From positions 2,624,001 to 2,688,000 of the forward strand of contig OZ257142.1 in NCBI GenBank assembly GCA_965279035.1: DNA of 64,000 nucleotides. The letters run 5' to 3'. The notes beneath the pieces were generated by a model that worked only from the letters and a program-made list of their open reading frames with translations, searched no databases and had not been told where the DNA came from. This stretch comes from Bacteroidia bacterium (GTDB lineage Bacteria > Bacteroidota > Bacteroidia > M30B66). Numbering within the stretch: position 1 is the stretch's first letter; each line of letters opens with the position of its first letter. Below, piece by piece: positions 9,175 to 19,499 of the stretch. A program made the position numbers and the translations under genes.

Positions 9175-11370
9175 TTAATTCTTAAGTATTTTGTTAGAAT
9201 AAATGAGCCTTCCAGAATGCACAATTTGAATTACATATAAACCAGAATCCAAAGAACTGAGGTCGAAACACTGTGTTTTCCCTTGTGATATTTTATTCAC
9301 GAAAATTACTTTTCCGATAATGTCCAAACAACGAATGTTTGCATTTTCAGGAATTCCATCTATGTAAAGAATATTAGTACTTGGTTGAGGATAGATTTTA
9401 ATTGATTCGGAATTTTCAATTTCAATTCCTAATGAATTAAATGAAAATGGATTTGATGTTTTTTCACAACCCGATGAATTGGTTACTTTGACAGTATAAT
9501 CACCATTTTCAGTAGGTGTATAATTATATTGATTCGCACCTGATATCGGATTTCCATTCAAATACCATTGGTAACTAGAAAAACCAGTTCCAGCATTTAA
9601 GTGATTTCCAACTAAGGTAATGTTTGGGTTTGGTAAAGGTTGAGATGCGACATTTGCTGTTAAAGTAATTTCGCAACCTTCGGTAGTTTGAGCTGTAACA
9701 CTTTGAGTTCCTGAACTAGTAACTACAAGCTGTGCATTGTTAATTGAATTATTCCACACTGGATTTTGAAAATCTCCACTTAATGATAATGTAGTTGATT
9801 CTCCTGCACAGAATGTTAAGTTACCTGTAATTAAAAACGTAATGGTTGAATACGTAACAGTTAGCGATGCAGTTCCACGACACCCTTCAGCACTTGATGC
9901 AGATACATTGTAAATTCCGGGTGTTGATACATCAATCGAATTGCTTGTACCTAAAGCACTTGTTCCTTTAGACCAACTAAAATTATCTCCACTACTTGCT
10001 GAAAGAGTATGGGTAGTTTGAGGACAAAATGGAATAGGCGATTCGGAAATAATGCTAACAGGTAAATTACAATAAGCTAATTCATATGCACCCAAATCGC
10101 ATCTCGGTCCGAAAATGCGTGTTGCATTATCTAAATCGTGATCGGCTGGAGCAACAATTTCAGCATTCACACCTAAATCTATTACAGGAGAAGTTGCTAA
10201 AACATGATAATCTAAACCATCTAATGTAAATGGAGCTAAAACAGTTAACCCAGGATTTACAAAAGTTGGATTCGATGAAATGTTTGCGGTACCAGAAGTA
10301 AATCCTCCTTGAATAAGGCAATCATGTGCATTTGCATTGGGATACATGGATGCAACTCCTCCATTATCCCAAAAAATTGAATTGGCAATTTCAGTTAAAG
10401 AATTAACTACAATTGGATATTCGATTCCTGTATTTTGAGTTTGTCTATTATGAGCAAAAGTGCAGTTGATAATGCTATGGGCTTGTCCGTTTGACGAAGG
10501 CGGTATATACATAATTGAAATACGTGGAGCATAATTTCCAATAAACAAGGAGTTACTCAGGATCATGGAATTATCATACAAATGATAAATAGCACCACTA
10601 TTCGTTTGTGCGGTATTTCCATCAAAAATGCAACGATCAATATAAGATACTCCACCCGATAAGTACATTGCACCGCCAGTTGATCCTGCGAGATTGGAAG
10701 TGAATTTACAGTCAGTAATGCGTGCTGTTCCACTTCGAATTTGAAGTGCTCCTCCAATACCATCAGTGAAGTTTGATAGAAAAGTACAATTGGTTAAGGT
10801 TAAAGTTCCTCCATTGTGAGTTAGTGCTCCAGCAGCATCTAAAGCGAAATTGTTGATGAAAGTACAATTAGAAATAGTTGGTGAACTAGAACTTAAATAA
10901 ACTCCTCCAGCCAATGAACTGGAATGACCATCGCTGATTCTAAAACCATCGAGTCGGGTTTGGCTACCAACATTATCTCCACCAACAACATGAATTGAAT
11001 TATCGGTTGTTGATCCTCCATTGCCAATATTCCCACTTAGAATACTAATGTTAGTAAGAAAATTTCGCTCTGAGAGTAAACTTTCAGAACCATTAAAACC
11101 ACCATAAAGTGATACCCCATTTACTAGTAAAAAGGAAATTGATGTAGAGGTCGTAGTTGTTGGTTTATACGTTCCAGCCGCTACCCAAATCTCATCTCCA
11201 AAAGTTGAATTCCCTAGAGCTGTTTGTAAATCAACAAACGCATCTGTCCATGAAATGCCTGAATTTGCTCCACTTACTGATGCGTTCACATACCAACGAG
11301 TAGCGCTACATTGGAGAGATAAAAGGAATAGAATAGAGGTAAAAAATCGTTTCATTGGCTTGATTTTCAA
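9175..11370 (-). CDS. T9SS type A-secreted protein with parallel beta-helix (polymorphic-membrane-protein-like) repeats
   Basis: WTDAFVDLQTAL...GDEIWVAAGTYKP N-terminus; GGA/FxxN repeats; DLGAYE; C-terminal IYPQP...SGLYVIQI. True start may be MKRFF at 11355. Confidence 0.85.
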   Translation of the reverse strand: MKIKPMKRFFTSILFLLSLQCSATRWYVNASVSGANSGISWTDAFVDLQTALGNSTFGDEIWVAAGTYKPTTTTSTSISFLLVNGVSLYGGFNGSESLLSERNFLTNISILSGNIGNGGSTTDNSIHVVGGDNVGSQTRLDGFRISDGHSSSLAGGVYLSSSSPTISNCTFINNFALDAAGALTHNGGTLTLTNCTFLSNFTDGIGGALQIRSGTARITDCKFTSNLAGSTGGAMYLSGGVSYIDRCIFDGNTAQTNSGAIYHLYDNSMILSNSLFIGNYAPRISIMYIPPSSNGQAHSIINCTFAHNRQTQNTGIEYPIVVNSLTEIANSIFWDNGGVASMYPNANAHDCLIQGGFTSGTANISSNPTFVNPGLTVLAPFTLDGLDYHVLATSPVIDLGVNAEIVAPADHDLDNATRIFGPRCDLGAYELAYCNLPVSIISESPIPFCPQTTHTLSASSGDNFSWSKGTSALGTSNSIDVSTPGIYNVSASSAEGCRGTASLTVTYSTITFLITGNLTFCAGESTTLSLSGDFQNPVWNNSINNAQLVVTSSGTQSVTAQTTEGCEITLTANVASQPLPNPNITLVGNHLNAGTGFSSYQWYLNGNPISGANQYNYTPTENGDYTVKVTNSSGCEKTSNPFSFNSLGIEIENSESIKIYPQPSTNILYIDGIPENANIRCLDIIGKVIFVNKISQGKTQCFDLSSLDSGLYVIQIVHSGRLIYSNKILKN

Positions 11371-11398
11371 CTGCGAAAATACCTAATCCTCTGATGTT

Positions 11399-11692
11399 TC
11401 AGTCTTCTAATTTCAATTTAGTATCGAGCCAGAATGTTCCTAAAGGAATAAATGATACAATAAAAGCAAGCAATGCCTTTGAGAATTTCCAGTTTCGATC
11501 GGCCCATACTTGAATTAAAGTGAATCCGTAAAGCACGAACAATAGACCATGTATCCAACCACCAATTTTGACTGGCAAGGGCATGTGCGCCATATATTTG
11601 AGTGGCATTGCAATAAACAAGAGAAATAAAAATGACCAACCTTCGGCCAATGCCACCAAACGGAAACGGTTTAAAGAAGAATTTAGCTTCAT
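11399..11692 (-). CDS. DUF3817 family membrane protein
   Basis: FRLVALAEGWSFLFLLFIAMPLKY...GWIHGLLFVLY...SFIPLGTF. Confidence 0.85.
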   Translation of the reverse strand: MKLNSSLNRFRLVALAEGWSFLFLLFIAMPLKYMAHMPLPVKIGGWIHGLLFVLYGFTLIQVWADRNWKFSKALLAFIVSFIPLGTFWLDTKLKLED

Positions 11693-11756
11693 GGTGCAAA
11701 CCTGATGAAATCAAAAATTTAGAATGTCATTCGATTGTAAAATTTTCTATTAAAAT

Positions 11757-11782
11757 AAAAAACCCCGAAGAAAACTTCGGGG
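11757..11782 (-). terminator. Intrinsic terminator downstream of the RND operon
   Basis: CCCCGAAG-AAAA-CTTCGGGG 8-bp stem followed by a T-tract on the minus strand. Confidence 0.8.
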
Positions 11783-11918
11783 CGCCTTGTCATTCAGGAA
11801 AACCAAAACCCTTGCTCAATCATAACGTTTAAGGAGGAAACGTCATTTAAACAGAGCTGAAAAACAAAGCTTAAGCAAACAAAAAGTACATTTCAAAATG
11901 CTTTATTTAAATTAAAAA

Positions 11919-14900
11919 TCAATCGTGCTTCCTTTTCACTGCTCGATAATAAATGATTGGAAAAATGAGTAGTGTAAACAATGTTGCAGTTACTAAACCT
12001 CCAATGATAACAATAGCTAAAGGTTTTTGGGATTCTGATCCAATACCACTTGATATTGCTGCTGGAAATAATCCAATAGCTGCCATCAAAGCCGTCATAA
12101 CAACTGGTCGTGTTCGCACTTTTACAGCATGAAATATGGATGAAACCAATCCTTCTTTTGCTGCAATGTTTTGTTGAAATTGGGAGATTAGAATAACTCC
12201 ATTTTGAATACAAATTCCGAATAGTGCTATAAATCCAACACCTGCCGAAATCCCGAAATTCATTCCGGTAAAATGTAAAGCAGCTATACCACCAATCAAT
12301 GCAAAAGGAACATTTGCCAAGACCAATGTAGCATCCTTGACATTGCCAAATAAAATAAAAAGCAAAACAAAAATTAATATTAAACTAATAGGTACTACTT
12401 GTGCTAATCTACTTGTAGCACGTACCTGATTTTCGAATTCACCCGTCCATCCAATCTTATATCCAGTAGGTAATTTAATGTTCTTTGTTACACGTGCTTG
12501 TGCATCTGCAATGGTGCTTCCTAAATCACGTTCACGGATTGAAAATTTCACTCCTATAAATCGTTTCGTATTATCACGATAGATAAACGCTGGTCCTGTG
12601 ACTTTTCGAATTGTAGCAATTTCTTGTAGTGGAATTTTATCGCCTCGTAATGTTGGAACCATCAAATGCATGATGTCTTCTTCGTTTTTCCGATAGTCTT
12701 TTTGATACCGAATTCGGATGTCGAATTTCTTTTCACCCTCGTATTTTTCCGTTGCAGTTTTTCCACCTATCGCCATCTCAATCATACTCTGAGCATCCGC
12801 TTTCTGCACTCCATAAATGGCCATTTTCTCTTCATCCAATAGCACTGAAATTTCGGGCTGTCCAACGTTTCGCAAAATTCCTACATCCTTAATTCCTGGT
12901 ACATCTTGAATGGAGCTAATTACTTTATTAGCAATTTCATCGAGTTTATCTAAATCATCCCCATAAATTTTAACCGCATTTGAAGCATTGATTCCAGCTA
13001 CCGATTCAGCTACATTATCAATAATTGGTTGGGAATAATTATACACGATACCTTGATAATTTTTCAGCCGGTGATCCATTTCTTCCACCAGATCATCCAT
13101 ACTAATCTTACGATCCCACTCTTTTTTAGGCTTCAAATTCACTTGCATCTGAACGTAGTAAAATCCACTTGGATCAGTACCATCGTTGCTTCTTCCTGTT
13201 TGTGAAAGCACTCCATTTACTTCAGGAAATGCCATTAATTCTTTTCTTAAAACAGTAACTGTTTTTATAGTTTCACTTAAGGATGAACTCATGGGTAATT
13301 TAGCTTCAACCCACAATGCTCCTTCATTTAATGGAGGCAAAAATTCCGTTCCTAACCAGCGCACTGAGAATAGAGATACAGCTAGTATCGCAATGGAAAC
13401 AATCAAAGAACTTCGTTTATGTTTGAAAGTAAATCGAAAGGCTTTCTCAACTCCTTTATTGATAAATTCAACTAATACATTATGCTTTTCACGCACATTC
13501 TTTTTAAGAAGAATTGAAACTAAAAGAGGCACTAAAGTCAAGGTAAATATGAGTGCACCCAATAAGGCAAAACCGAGCGTAAATGCTAAAGGAGAAAACA
13601 TTTTTCCCTCTACTTTTTGAAAGGCAAAAATGGGCAGCAAGGCGGATATAATAATTAATTTAGAAAAGAATACAGCCTTACCTAAACCAGCTCCCGTTTG
13701 TTTAATTAATCCCAATTTCGATAAACGATTGAAACGCTCCACTCCTACTCGATTTTGCAAATGGTCGAGCGCAACAAATAATCCTTCCACCATGACGACA
13801 GCACCGTCGATGATAATTCCAAAATCAACAGCTCCAAGTGATAGTAAATTTGCACTCATTCCCTTGAGTTTGAGACAGAGAAATGCAAATAAAAGTGCGA
13901 GTGGAATGATGATGGAAACAATGAGCGTTGTTCGCCAATCGGCCATGAAAAGAAATACAATGACTGTAACCAGAATAATTCCCTCTAATAAATTATGCAT
14001 CACTGTTTCGGTGCAATAACTCATTAAATTATCCCGATCATAAAATGTTTCCATCTTCACATCGGGAGGAAGAACACCATGGTTTAATTCTTCAATTTTT
14101 TCTTTTAATCTACCTAAAACTTCGCTCGGATTTTCTCCTTTGCGCATTACCACAATGCCTTCAACAACATCATCACTTTTATTTAATCCAACTTGTCCTA
14201 CACGCGGAGCGCTACTTTCGAGCACATGAGCAATGTTTTTTACAAGGATTGGATTATCATTTAATTCAGCAACTATGGTATTTTCAATATCAGCTATCGA
14301 CGTTAATAATCCCAAACCACGCACAACGTATGCTTGTCCGTTTTTTTCGATTACATCTCCACCAACATTTAAATTGGCTTTAGAAACGGCTTCAAATACC
14401 TGCTGTGGAGTTAAATCGTATTTATTGAGTTTAACTGGATCGACAGATATTTCGTAAATTTTTTCTTGTCCACCAAAAGCAACAACATCTGCAATACCTG
14501 GAACAGCGCGTAATTGACGATCGATCACCCAATTTTGTATGGTGAGTAAATCGCGTGTATCTCGTGTATCCGATTTTAAAACATACCGAAATATTTCACC
14601 CGTTGGACCATAAGGTGGCTGAACATCGGGCTCAACGGCATCAGGCAGCTGAACATTCCGCAATTGATTATTTACCTGTTGACGTGCAAAAAAATCATCT
14701 ACATCATCTTCAAAAATGATTTTAATTACCGACAAACCAAACATACTAATGCTTCGCACATTGGTTTTACGTTGCACCGAATTCATCGAAATTTCGATCG
14801 GTGTAGTTACAAAACGCTCAATTTCTTCAGCCGAACGACCATTCCATTCGGTTACAATAATGATTTGCGTATTGGTAACATCGGGAAATGCTTCAATAGG

Positions 14901-15011
14901 TAATTGTTGAAAGCTGATAAATCCAGCAATGACAAGTAATCCAACCCAGAAAAAGGTAAACACCTTATTTTTCAATGAAAAACTAATGATGTTCCTGATA
15001 AAACGATTCAT
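11919..15011 (-). CDS. CusA/CzcA family heavy-metal efflux RND transporter
   Basis: 1030 aa; IEAFPDVTN; SLGAVDFGIIIDGAVVMVE; RPVVMTALMAAIG; QKPLAIVIIGGL. Confidence 0.95.
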   Translation of the reverse strand: MNRFIRNIISFSLKNKVFTFFWVGLLVIAGFISFQQLPIEAFPDVTNTQIIIVTEWNGRSAEEIERFVTTPIEISMNSVQRKTNVRSISMFGLSVIKIIFEDDVDDFFARQQVNNQLRNVQLPDAVEPDVQPPYGPTGEIFRYVLKSDTRDTRDLLTIQNWVIDRQLRAVPGIADVVAFGGQEKIYEISVDPVKLNKYDLTPQQVFEAVSKANLNVGGDVIEKNGQAYVVRGLGLLTSIADIENTIVAELNDNPILVKNIAHVLESSAPRVGQVGLNKSDDVVEGIVVMRKGENPSEVLGRLKEKIEELNHGVLPPDVKMETFYDRDNLMSYCTETVMHNLLEGIILVTVIVFLFMADWRTTLIVSIIIPLALLFAFLCLKLKGMSANLLSLGAVDFGIIIDGAVVMVEGLFVALDHLQNRVGVERFNRLSKLGLIKQTGAGLGKAVFFSKLIIISALLPIFAFQKVEGKMFSPLAFTLGFALLGALIFTLTLVPLLVSILLKKNVREKHNVLVEFINKGVEKAFRFTFKHKRSSLIVSIAILAVSLFSVRWLGTEFLPPLNEGALWVEAKLPMSSSLSETIKTVTVLRKELMAFPEVNGVLSQTGRSNDGTDPSGFYYVQMQVNLKPKKEWDRKISMDDLVEEMDHRLKNYQGIVYNYSQPIIDNVAESVAGINASNAVKIYGDDLDKLDEIANKVISSIQDVPGIKDVGILRNVGQPEISVLLDEEKMAIYGVQKADAQSMIEMAIGGKTATEKYEGEKKFDIRIRYQKDYRKNEEDIMHLMVPTLRGDKIPLQEIATIRKVTGPAFIYRDNTKRFIGVKFSIRERDLGSTIADAQARVTKNIKLPTGYKIGWTGEFENQVRATSRLAQVVPISLILIFVLLFILFGNVKDATLVLANVPFALIGGIAALHFTGMNFGISAGVGFIALFGICIQNGVILISQFQQNIAAKEGLVSSIFHAVKVRTRPVVMTALMAAIGLFPAAISSGIGSESQKPLAIVIIGGLVTATLFTLLIFPIIYYRAVKRKHD

Positions 15012-15014
15012 AAA

Positions 15015-16106
15015 TCAGTCGTTTAATGCATCGTAAATCATGAGCCCGTTTTTCGAGATCACCTTTTCGCCTTCTTTAATTCCAGTAGTCACCCAAGTGA
15101 TATCACCCAATTGACGATAAACTTCGACCTGTCGCGTTTCCACATTATTTCGGTCTTTAAAAACCATTATCCAATTGCGGCTTTTGTCAAAAATGACCGA
15201 AGATGAAGGAACCGCCAACAACTTTTTATTTTCAGAATAAGATACATTCACCGTAGCGCTCATATCCGGTTTTAACAAATAGGTTGGATTGGCAATTTTC
15301 ACCATCACTTTCATGGCTTTGGTAGATGGATCAATCGCATTAAAAATCCGATCTACTTTTCCATGAAATACAGTATCAGGATAGCTTATTGTACTAATAT
15401 CCGCTTCATAGCCAGGTTGAATCAGCGAGATATCCGATTCGTTCACGTTCGCTAATGCCCATACTTCATCAATACGTGCAATAGAAAATATCACATCCGA
15501 TTTATCACTTCGAAATTGTTCGTTGGGTGTGATGTTTTTGGAAACTACAAATCCACTGATAGGTGCGGTAATATTGTAAACAGAACCTTGCTTGATATTA
15601 TAAATAGCAAAGACTTCATTGATACGATTCAATTCTGCTTGGGCTTTTTCTAATTCTTTTTGTGCCGATTTAACATCGCGTTCTGAATTCAATTTTCCTT
15701 CGAATAATTCGCGTGCTACCTGAAGATTTTTTTCAGCTAAAGCAGCATCAGCTCGCGCATCCAATCGTTGACGCTCAAAATCGGCAATTTCAGAACTACG
15801 CACTACAGCTAAAACTTGTCCTTGCTCAACATAATCGCCCAATTCCGTATTAATCTTGATCACATTTCCTCCTACAATCGGATACACTTCGGCTAATTTG
15901 TTATTGTCGGCCGATATCTTCCCGAATAGTCGCAATACGTTTTTTACTTCTTTATAATGAGCCTCGGTAAATTCGCAACGTTGCATCATGGTATCGCTCA
16001 TAGTAAAAGCAACACGCTGCTCATCGGGCGATTTCTTGGTACACGAAATCCATGTAATTGAAATAAGGAATGCTGTTAATATCCTGATGATTGATTTCAT
16101 GATCAA
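15015..16106 (-). CDS. RND efflux membrane fusion protein (lipoprotein)
   Basis: Lipobox WISC; GDYVEQGQVLA; ITAPISG; LKPDM; lies between tolC and the RND gene. Confidence 0.93.
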   Translation of the reverse strand: MIMKSIIRILTAFLISITWISCTKKSPDEQRVAFTMSDTMMQRCEFTEAHYKEVKNVLRLFGKISADNNKLAEVYPIVGGNVIKINTELGDYVEQGQVLAVVRSSEIADFERQRLDARADAALAEKNLQVARELFEGKLNSERDVKSAQKELEKAQAELNRINEVFAIYNIKQGSVYNITAPISGFVVSKNITPNEQFRSDKSDVIFSIARIDEVWALANVNESDISLIQPGYEADISTISYPDTVFHGKVDRIFNAIDPSTKAMKVMVKIANPTYLLKPDMSATVNVSYSENKKLLAVPSSSVIFDKSRNWIMVFKDRNNVETRQVEVYRQLGDITWVTTGIKEGEKVISKNGLMIYDALND

Positions 16107-17350
16107 TAAATAGTACTTGCTGTCGTGTAATTAATTGTTGCTGCCGAGATGGCCAACTGTGTCCGTATGCGCTCAATCTCCGCTTGAGATTCATTGTAAG
16201 CCTCAAAGAAATCGACAAACTCCAAAATGGTAATATTCTTCTTTTGAAAATTATCATTCACTCCTTGAATCACTTCTTCAAAATCTTTCGAATAAATCTT
16301 ATTCACTTTATTAAATTCCAAAATGCTGAGTTGCATCATTTTCCAAGCACTGAGCACTTCCGTTTTTACAGCCAATTTCTTCTGATCTGTTTGAAGTTTT
16401 ATACTTTCTAAACCGGCAGCTGCGGCTCGAATATTTCCTTTGTTACGATCCCAAATAGGTAAAGGAATTCCAAATCCTACATTGACTTGATTGGTAAATG
16501 CTCCTCCGCGTTGATCATAGCTTCCAATCAAATGCAAATCAGGAATCGCATTTTGTTTTTGTAATCGTAAGTTGATCGCTCCTTGATCATTTGCACACAA
16601 CGAATAAAGTAAATCAGGACGAGTACTTTCGGCCTTTTGTAGAAGCTCTTCGATGGCTAAAGTTTGATTGATTTTAGAATAATAATTTTCTTGAATTTGA
16701 GGTAGAATGACCGCCGTTGTTTGCAACAAAATTTGAAGTTGCGCCTGCTCTTGAGCCGATTGCATAGCTACCTCAGAACGGTTATTATTGAGTTTGAGAT
16801 AAACCGTTTTCAATCGTACCACATCTTTCATAGGTACATTTCCTTTCTCTGCTTGTCGGTTATAGGTCGAAATGAGCGTATCTAAAATGACCAATTGACG
16901 CTCATATTTTTTTAGCAAACTGTTTTGTTGATTCAGTCTGAAAAAGCTTCCCTGCATCTGAAAGCGAAGATTTCTCAATAAATCGGTAAATGAGAATTTC
17001 GCTAATTGAACATTGCCTTTAGCTAATTCAATTTCTGATTTACGCTTTCCTCCAATTAAAATCAATTGATCCAAAGCCATCGACTTTTGTCCAGTTGCTC
17101 CCGTATGGAAATAGCGTTTATTCTGATTGTCGATCGCATTCAGATCGAGCGTAAATTGTGGATTGGGATAGGATTTCGCTTGAATTATCAATGCTTCTTC
17201 AGCCGTAATCGAATACTGTGAAGCAAGAAGTAACAGGTTATTTTTTAGAAATAAGCTATCCGCTTGAACGATATCAAGTGAAAGTGTGTCCTGAGAAAAT
17301 GTGTGAATGGAAAACGTTGAAAGCAATAAAAAAAATGCACTCCTTAACAT
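16103..17350 (-). CDS. TolC family outer-membrane efflux protein (CzcC-like)
   Basis: PNPQF, LIGGKR, GIPLPIWDRNKGNI; start taken at MLRSAFF (17350). Confidence 0.9.
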   Translation of the reverse strand: MLRSAFFLLLSTFSIHTFSQDTLSLDIVQADSLFLKNNLLLLASQYSITAEEALIIQAKSYPNPQFTLDLNAIDNQNKRYFHTGATGQKSMALDQLILIGGKRKSEIELAKGNVQLAKFSFTDLLRNLRFQMQGSFFRLNQQNSLLKKYERQLVILDTLISTYNRQAEKGNVPMKDVVRLKTVYLKLNNNRSEVAMQSAQEQAQLQILLQTTAVILPQIQENYYSKINQTLAIEELLQKAESTRPDLLYSLCANDQGAINLRLQKQNAIPDLHLIGSYDQRGGAFTNQVNVGFGIPLPIWDRNKGNIRAAAAGLESIKLQTDQKKLAVKTEVLSAWKMMQLSILEFNKVNKIYSKDFEEVIQGVNDNFQKKNITILEFVDFFEAYNESQAEIERIRTQLAISAATINYTTASTIY

Positions 17351-17373
17351 GGCGCAAATCTCCAATTGGAATG

Positions 17374-17411
17374 CTTAAGAAATCCTTAAGTAATATAAAT
17401 ATGTCCTTAAG
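17374..17411 (-). promoter_or_regulatory. Helically phased CTTAAG repeats, candidate OmpR-family binding site
   Basis: CTTAAG at 17374, 17385 and 17406 (spacings 11 and 21) between the sensor kinase and tolC. Confidence 0.5.
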
Positions 17412-17428
17412 TTTTATTCTGAACGTGA

Positions 17429-18799
17429 TTATCTGTTTAACACGATTATAAACTGATTCAAGCCACTTTTCGAAACAGAATACTGAATTGTTCCTTTATG
17501 TAATTCTATAATTCGGGCAGTCATCACTAAGCCTAATCCAATTCCTGCTTTTTTACGACTATTACTTCCTCTAAAGAAATGGCCAAATAACTTGGTTTGA
17601 TCATCCTGTGTTAAAACTTCTCCATTATTCTGAATACGCAATTCAACCGATTTAGTATTCATTTCCAAATAAACCATTACGTGTTTATCTTCAGAATAAT
17701 TAACGGCATTTTTCAAGATATTACTTAATGCAATTTTTAGCATGCGTTCGCTTCCGGGAATTGTTAACTCACCCGAGTCGTGAACATTTTCATCCAATTC
17801 AAAATCAATCCTCACTTCAGGATCAAGCAATTGAATTTCATCAGTGCATTCAAAAATCACATCCATTAGCCGAACTTCCCCTTCAAAGACACGTTCTGGA
17901 ATGGATTCATATTTTGAAATTTCAAGTAAGGTGTTAATCACTCCTGCCATCTGCATCAATCCATTCCGTTGAAATTCCATGCTCTCGCGAAGCAGTTCAA
18001 CCGTTTTCTGATTTAATCCGCGCTCAACATTCGACATCAAAACAGCTATGGGCGTTTTTAATTCATGCGATATATGATGAATCAGATTTTTTTGAAACTG
18101 AAACGATTCATCAACACGGTCAAGCATCTCATTAAAACCAATGGCTAATGAAGTTATTTCATCGTGTGTTGGCGGCACTTCAACTTTTCTGAAATTGTTG
18201 GCAGTAATTTGTTCAACATCGCCCGTTAATTTCAAAATAGGGCGAGTTAATTGTTTGGTGATATAAAAAATCAATCCCGAAACTAAAATAATTGAAGCAA
18301 AAAAGATGAAGACTAATATCCAAAAAAGAAATTCCAATTTGTCTTTTCCGTAACGATCATACGCTTTCCCAATAGCAAAATATTCTTTTCCCTTTTCATG
18401 AATTACATGTGCATACACATCAAATTCCCCCTCTGTATACGTGATTTCATCTTCTCCTTGTTGTAAGCGTTCAACAACTTCTTCGGGAAACAACACTTTG
18501 GTGTCATCAACGCTACTATATATTAAAGTTCCCGTTGAATCAAAAAGCAGAATCTTTTCTTCATATAAACTATTGATAATATTACTATCAAAAACCCTCA
18601 ATAAATCCTGATCAATTTCTTCAACCTCAAACAGCAACTTAAATGTAGTTGATGTTTTATCTTTCAATCTCTCTAAAAATTCTTGCTGCCGGTATTGCGC
18701 CGATAAAGAATAAACACCAAATAATGCAAGCCCAAGGACAATCAAAAAAGTTGTCGAAAACAAGAGTATAATGCGTTGCCTAAGCTTCATCTTCAGCAC
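17429..18799 (-). CDS. HAMP-domain sensor histidine kinase
   Basis: Two TM segments, HAMP, ISHELKTP H-box, NILKNAVNYS, GIGLGL. Confidence 0.95.
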   Translation of the reverse strand: MLKMKLRQRIILLFSTTFLIVLGLALFGVYSLSAQYRQQEFLERLKDKTSTTFKLLFEVEEIDQDLLRVFDSNIINSLYEEKILLFDSTGTLIYSSVDDTKVLFPEEVVERLQQGEDEITYTEGEFDVYAHVIHEKGKEYFAIGKAYDRYGKDKLEFLFWILVFIFFASIILVSGLIFYITKQLTRPILKLTGDVEQITANNFRKVEVPPTHDEITSLAIGFNEMLDRVDESFQFQKNLIHHISHELKTPIAVLMSNVERGLNQKTVELLRESMEFQRNGLMQMAGVINTLLEISKYESIPERVFEGEVRLMDVIFECTDEIQLLDPEVRIDFELDENVHDSGELTIPGSERMLKIALSNILKNAVNYSEDKHVMVYLEMNTKSVELRIQNNGEVLTQDDQTKLFGHFFRGSNSRKKAGIGLGLVMTARIIELHKGTIQYSVSKSGLNQFIIVLNR

Positions 18800-19469
18800 T
18801 TAAACTATAGCCGAAACCAGTTCGTGTATGCAACAATTTCACTGGATAATCGCGATCAATTTTGTTTCTCAACGAATTGATAAATACCTCAACCGTATTC
18901 GTATTAACGTCGACCGATGTTCCCCAAACCGATTTCATCAAATCCTTTTTCGAAACAGGATTACCATCAGCCATTGCTAATGCATACAATAAGGCATATT
19001 CGCGTGCTGTTAATTTGATAGTCGTATTATTTCGACTAACGATTTTCTTGCGAGGAAAAATCAATAAAGTATCAATCGCAATTTGCTCTGGTTCAGATTC
19101 TGAAATGAATTGACGCTTGATTAATACCCGAATTCGCACCAACAATTCCTTCATATAAAAGGGCTTGCTCAAATAATCATCAGCACCGCTATCAAACCCT
19201 GTTACTTTATCTTCTACTTCCCCAAAAGCCGTCAACATTAAAATAGGTGTTTGAATATTACGAGATCGAATCCGTTTACATAACTCATATCCATTCAAAC
19301 CAGGCATATTCACATCGAGCAAAATCAAATCATACGTTTCACGAATAATCATTTTTTCAGCTATCGAACCATCATACACTTGCTCTGTATAATAGCCTTC
19401 ATCATGAAGCTGGGCTTTCAGGTCGGACGATAAATTCGCATCATCTTCAACAATCAGAATACGATACAT
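18780..19469 (-). CDS. OmpR/PhoB family response regulator
   Basis: ILIVEDD, LLDVNMPG, GADDYLSKPF, C-terminal wHTH (TNTVEVFINSLRNKID). Confidence 0.95.
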   Translation of the reverse strand: MYRILIVEDDANLSSDLKAQLHDEGYYTEQVYDGSIAEKMIIRETYDLILLDVNMPGLNGYELCKRIRSRNIQTPILMLTAFGEVEDKVTGFDSGADDYLSKPFYMKELLVRIRVLIKRQFISESEPEQIAIDTLLIFPRKKIVSRNNTTIKLTAREYALLYALAMADGNPVSKKDLMKSVWGTSVDVNTNTVEVFINSLRNKIDRDYPVKLLHTRTGFGYSLSAEDEA

Positions 19470-19499
19470 TGTATTTTAATAAATTCTTGAAAGCAAATA

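Noticed and set aside
11893-12213. Alternate-frame ORF overlapping the RND 3' end
   Set aside because: Out-of-frame by-product of the RND gene; composition is not protein-like.
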